Source: Octopus bimaculoides
Lineage: Eukaryota
Length of the DNA stretch: 38,773 bases
Assembly (NCBI RefSeq): GCF_001194135.2
Contig: NC_068994.1
Location: 6,919,800-6,958,572 of the forward strand
Direction of reading: 5' to 3'
Below the pieces are notes generated by a model. It was given only the letters and a program-made list of their open reading frames with translations, was not told the DNA's origin and made no database searches. This document shows, one piece after another, positions 34,482-38,773 of this stretch (position 1 is its first letter; each line of letters starts with the position of its first letter). A program made the position numbers and the translations under genes.

Positions 34482-35151
34482 GTACATACAGACATACATT
34501 CTTACATACGTACATACATAATTACAAATATACATATATATGTGTGTGTGTTTGTGTATATATATATATGAGAGCGAGGGAGAGAGAGAAAGAGAGAGGG
34601 GGAAAAGAGATAGTGAGAAAGAGAGAGGGAAAGAGAGAGAGAGAAAGTATATGGTGTGGGGAAGACGCAAAACTTACAATGGTCACTGCAATAAAACTCA
34701 CTCATCCATAAAACCTCTGATTCATGCTCTGCTGCTTAAATATGTTAGCAAATGTCTGGTTTGCAACTAATCTACCTTATGTCTAATCTATTGTGTCTTT
34801 GGGACGGTGCCAAACGTTACTAGCCATGCTAGCCTGCCAGCCTTTATATAAAACTCTTGAATTTATATAGGAATATGTGCGTGCGTGTGTGTGTGTATGC
34901 GTGCGTATATTCTGGTGTCCCCCCCCAGGGGGATTAACTGCTGGTTTCTCAGAGGTTAGGGGCTTGTAACATTTGACTCTGATTGCTGCTGTGCTTGTCA
35001 TGTATAAATACATATTACACACACACACTACATATACATACATGCAGAGTTTTGAATTTTTTTTGAAACTTTTTTTTGTCTGATAATATAGACATAGACT
35101 TGCCCAAATGCATCAATAAATCAACATTGGTATTTTCGTCACCGTTGTGAA

Positions 35152-35293
35152 ATGGAACTGTCAAAATGTCGATATTTGACCAATTTTGCTATACAACTTC
35201 AAAAAAAAAAAAGGATGTAAAGCAGCTGAAATCCGCTCGCGATATCAACGAAACATTTGGTGACGAAATGACCAGTGAGTGGTCAGCACAGTG
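35152..35293 (+). pseudogene. Tc1/mariner (mariner-type) transposase N-terminal HTH remnant
   Basis: MELSKC/DI*PILLYNFKKKKGCKAAE/SARDINETFGDEMTSEWSAQ matches the mariner N-terminal pattern IR.ILLYEF..G..AAE.AR.IN..FG......RT.Q.W. Confidence 0.65.
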
Positions 35294-35575
35294 CTCCCAT
35301 TGAATCAATCTTGCCACATTGTCATGTCTTTTGTATTCATTTTGTGCTAATTTCAGGCATTCGCTAACGATGTGCCATTCTGTTTCACCCCTCTCACCAC
35401 ACATTGTGCATTTGTCGTTCTCAATAGTGTTGTTGACTCTGCACTTCACTTAGTCCTTAATGCTTGTTCTTGTGCTGCTCCATATAAGTGCTTTGGTCTC
35501 TATCTTCAGGTCACTCCTCTTCATCCCATAGCCACTGGTCTTCTGTAACTGCCTTGGTGTTTGCATCTCTTGCAA
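35294..35575 (-). pseudogene. R4/Dong-type non-LTR C-terminal fragment with CCHC zinc knuckle
   Basis: QWLW..SDLKIETKALI/AAQEQALRT..KCRVNNTIENDKCTMCGERGETEWHIVSECLKLAQNEYKRHDNVARLIQWE; contains C-x2-C-x8-H-x4-C and the RHD motif. Confidence 0.85.
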
Positions 35576-35689
35576 ACTGACTGTACATCTTTTTCTCCTT
35601 CCATGCTGTTTCTATTATTATTATTATTGTGTGTGTGTGTGTGTGTGTGTGTGCGTGCGTTTGAATATATGTGTGTATATATATCTATG

Positions 35690-35905
35690 TGTGTGTCTGT
35701 GTTTGTTCCTAACCACTACTTGACAACTGGTGTTGGTGTGCTTATGTCACTGTAACGTAGCAGTTCAGCAAAAAAACAATAAAATAACAAGCTTAAAATA
35801 AAAAGCCAAAAAAAAAAGTAGTGAGGTTGATTCATTTGATTCTTTGAGGAAGTGATCCAGCATGGCAACAGTCTAGTAACTGAAACAAGTAAAAGAAAAA
35901 AAAAT
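35690..35905 (+). mobile_element. SINE family C, diverged 3' half
   Basis: cttgacaactggtgttggtgtgcttatgtc...cagcatggcaacagtctagtaactgaaacaagtaaaag. Confidence 0.75.
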
Positions 35906-36462
35906 AGCAAAGATTATTACCAAATACATTGATGTATGAAACCCAGGCAGTGATAAATAAATAAATACCGAACACGTTTAATCTAACAAACTAACACAAA
36001 TATCTGTTTTTGGTGTTTAGACAAGACCAGACAGAAGAGAAAAAAATTATGTACATAATACGTAAATATCTATAAAAGATTAACCTCCTCGAGTGTTTTG
36101 TTTTCAGACATTGTTGACTCCTTTTTATCAAAGCACTCCTATAAATTAACTTCTCTTTCATTTGTATAAGTAGCCAAATTGTTGTATAAATTTCACTTCA
36201 GCTGTTTGTAGGGTTAGACAAGCCAAAGTAAATAATTTGTTACAACTGTTGGGTAAATCCCAGCTGGTTCCACTTGTGCAGATGTATCTATTGTGGAGTT
36301 TAAGACAAAGAAGAATAACAAAACAGCATCAGAATTCATGGAGACTACAGATGGTCTGTTTGTCTTCGTTAGTGAAAATCAGTTAATGAAATTCTCATTG
36401 AAAATACGATAAGATTCTGTGTTGCAAAATAATGTGAGTTCTGACATTATGACATTACAGGA

Positions 36463-36929
36463 AGGCGGCAAACTGGCAGAGACCTTAGCACGCCGGGCTA
36501 AATGCTTAGCGGTATTTCATCTGGCTTTACATTCTGAGTTCAAATTCCGCCGAGGCTGACTTTGCCTTTCATCCTTCAGGGTTAATAAATTAAGTACCAG
36601 TTGCGTACTGGGGTTCAATCTTATTTCTTTACTACCCACAAGGGGCTAAACACAGAGGGAACAAACAAGGACAGACAAACGGACGGATTAAGTCGATTGT
36701 ATTAACCCCAGTGCATAACTGGTACTTATCTAATCGACCCCAAAAGGATGAAAGGCAAAGTCGACCTTGGCAGAATTTGAACTCAGAACATAGCGGCAAA
36801 TGAAATACTGCTAAGCATTTCGCCCGGCGTGTTAACATTTCTGCCAGCTCCTACTGGGGGGGGGGGGGTGATCTAATCAACTGTCCCCTCCCCAAAAATT
36901 TCGGGCCTTGTGCCTAGAGTAGAAAAGAC
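36463..36929 (+). mobile_element. SINE family B with 12-bp TSD, split by an inner SINE
   Basis: TSD TATGACATTACA at 36448-36459 and 36930-36941; the body resumes at ~36852. Confidence 0.85.
36621..36851 (-). mobile_element. Family B-headed SINE variant with a different 3' tail, nested antisense in the B copy
   Basis: Reverse complement of the B head and body, then tail ..gtgtttagccccttgtgggtagtaaagaaataa; TACTGGGG is duplicated at 36606 and 36852. Confidence 0.85.
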
Positions 36930-37035
36930 TATGACATTACAAGCAAGGTCCTTCTTCAAAGAAACGAGAGCAGCAGCTGAAGGTGGGCTCTATCTCAGAT
37001 GCTACAATGTATTATAGTCATGCAACGTACTGATT

Positions 37036-37262
37036 GTGGAGGCACGTGACTTAGTGGTTAGCATGTTAGACAATTGATTGTAAGATTGTGGTTTCAATTC
37101 CTGAACTGGGTGACGCATTGTGTTCTTAAGCAAGACACTTAATTTCCCATGGCCTCAATCCACTCAGCTGGCAAAATTGAGTAATCCTGCAACAAACTGG
37201 CATCTCATCCAGGGGCCACAATATGTATACCACAGAACCCAGGAAACCGTCCTTAGGAAGGA
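37036..37262 (+). mobile_element. tRNA-headed SINE family G
   Basis: gtggaggcacgtgacttagtggttagc..gtttcaattcctgaactggg..ttaagcaagacactt; homologous to 16171-16367. Confidence 0.75.
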
Positions 37263-37584
37263 CCTTTGAACCTTTGTGTGTGTGTGGTGTCTGTGTGCGT
37301 GTGTGATTGCTACTAGTAGTTGAAGGACTATGGATAACGGTAATGGTTTGATAATCCACCCAAGTTATCCACCCACATGCAGTGGTGGACTGGCCAGGTT
37401 GCCAACTTGCCTGATGGCAAGTGGGCCCCTGTGCCATTAGAATCCATATATGGGGGCCCATGTTAATATCTAAGGGGCTCATCCCCTCATGTCTGAGAAT
37501 TTTTTATTCACTCCTGGAAGAATGCATTAATTATTTCAGTCTGGCGACAATTTACCCATCGCACCCTGTATATGTGTGTGTGTG

Positions 37585-37750
37585 TTATATTTGAGGAAAA
37601 AGCAGAAACCAAGGCAGAATGAGTGTCTCAAGTCATTTAGAATAATTTAATTTAATTAGAGTAAGGTGAATTCACTTTACCTCATTAAATTATTCTAAAT
37701 GACTTGAGACACTCATTCTGCCTTGGTTTCTGCTTTTTCCTCAAATATAA
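37585..37750. repeat. Foldback palindrome with perfect 67-bp arms, centred on GAATTC
   Basis: 37585-37651 is the exact reverse complement of 37684-37750; inner palindrome GTAAGGTGAA|TTCACTTTAC at 37661-37680. Confidence 0.95.
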
Positions 37751-37754
37751 TAAT

Positions 37755-38120
37755 NNNNNNNNNNNNNNNNNNNNNNNNNNNNNNNNNNNNNNNNNNNNNN
37801 NNNNNNNNNNNNNNNNNNNNNNNNNNNNNNNNNNNNNNNNNNNNNNNNNNNNNNNNNNNNNNNNNNNNNNNNNNNNNNNNNNNNNNNNNNNNNNNNNNNN
37901 NNNNNNNNNNNNNNNNNNNNNNNNNNNNNNNNNNNNNNNNNNNNNNNNNNNNNNNNNNNNNNNNNNNNNNNNNNNNNNNNNNNNNNNNNNNNNNNNNNNN
38001 NNNNNNNNNNNNNNNNNNNNNNNNNNNNNNNNNNNNNNNNNNNNNNNNNNNNNNNNNNNNNNNNNNNNNNNNNNNNNNNNNNNNNNNNNNNNNNNNNNNN
38101 NNNNNNNNNNNNNNNNNNNT
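37755..38120. other. Assembly gap (366 N)
   Basis: N run. Confidence 1.
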
Positions 38121-38384
38121 ATATATATATATATGTATGTATATATTTATATATATTGTTATATTTTATGATGATTGATTTTTTACTTTTTGCCAAATAA
38201 ACACATGCGCTATATATTCATTCTTCACTTCAGATTTATTATTGTTCTTGTTATTGTCCTTTGTCTGGAAATTTTTCGTCACACATCCTGTGACCTCTCC
38301 AGTGACTCCCCATTCTACGTGTCTCCTCCTGTATATGTATGTGTGTGTGTGCATGCATGTGTGTGTTTGCATGCGTGTGTGTTT

Positions 38385-38665
38385 GTATGTGTGTGTATTT
38401 GTGTTTCCCTTTCCACCAACTGCCCAACAACTTGTGTTGGTTTGTTTACATCCTAACAACTTAGTGGTTTGGCAGCAGAGCCAAATACAATAAGAATCAA
38501 AATTTTAAAAAAACAACAACAAAGACCAAAAAAAAAAACAATAAAAAAAAAAAGAAGCAAAATTAACCTAAGTACTGTAGTCAATTTGTTTTTTCCTAAA
38601 AGCTTTCTAGGTGGTGCTCCAATATGGCCACAGTCCAATGACTGAAACAAGTAAAAGATAAAAGA
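38385..38665 (+). mobile_element. SINE family C, diverged 3' half
   Basis: ..gtttacatcctaacaacttagtggtttggc...ggtggtgctccaatatggccacagtccaatgactgaaacaagtaaaagataaaag. Confidence 0.75.
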
Positions 38666-38773
38666 AAAAAAGATTGTTTCCTTGTTATCCCTTACCATTT
38701 CTTCTTATAGATTTCCAGTGTCTTTGAAATTGTTTTTCCGATGTGGCATCTGTTACAGAGGTTGAGTTGTTTA

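Overview
AT-rich, repeat-saturated animal genomic DNA from a draft assembly with six N-gaps. The mix of (TA)n/(CA)n/(GATA)n/(CAT)n microsatellites and tRNA-headed SINE families looks like octopus (coleoid cephalopod) non-coding DNA; that attribution is inference, not a database result. I find no intact protein-coding gene, and almost every ORF in the supplied track is a translation of microsatellite or N. Real coding remnants, several absent from the ORF track, are all transposable-element fossils: a Tx1/L1-clade RT fragment (1-189, -), two R4/Dong-type non-LTR fragments (5705-7340 with YMDD; 35294-35575 with a CCHC knuckle), an RTE-like fragment, a mariner N-terminus, and two dissimilar Merlin/IS1595-type transposase remnants pointing away from each other inside a ~4.4-kb inverted-repeat structure (29016-33395). 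The most interesting signal is at RNA level: three unrelated repeats within ~6 kb each carry a minimal type-I hammerhead-ribozyme fold of the Penelope/retrozyme kind. The copy at 17217-17262 keeps an intact core and lies downstream of an intact Pol III A/B-box tRNA-like head. A decayed copy lies in a 345-bp tandem unit (14468-14976), and another decayed copy is at 11435-11469. Also present: a 3' tail shared between a SINE and a LINE-like end, nested insertions with clean TSDs, a 22-24-bp minisatellite with ordered variants, and two perfect foldback palindromes. Family labels A/B/C/E/F/G are my own working names.
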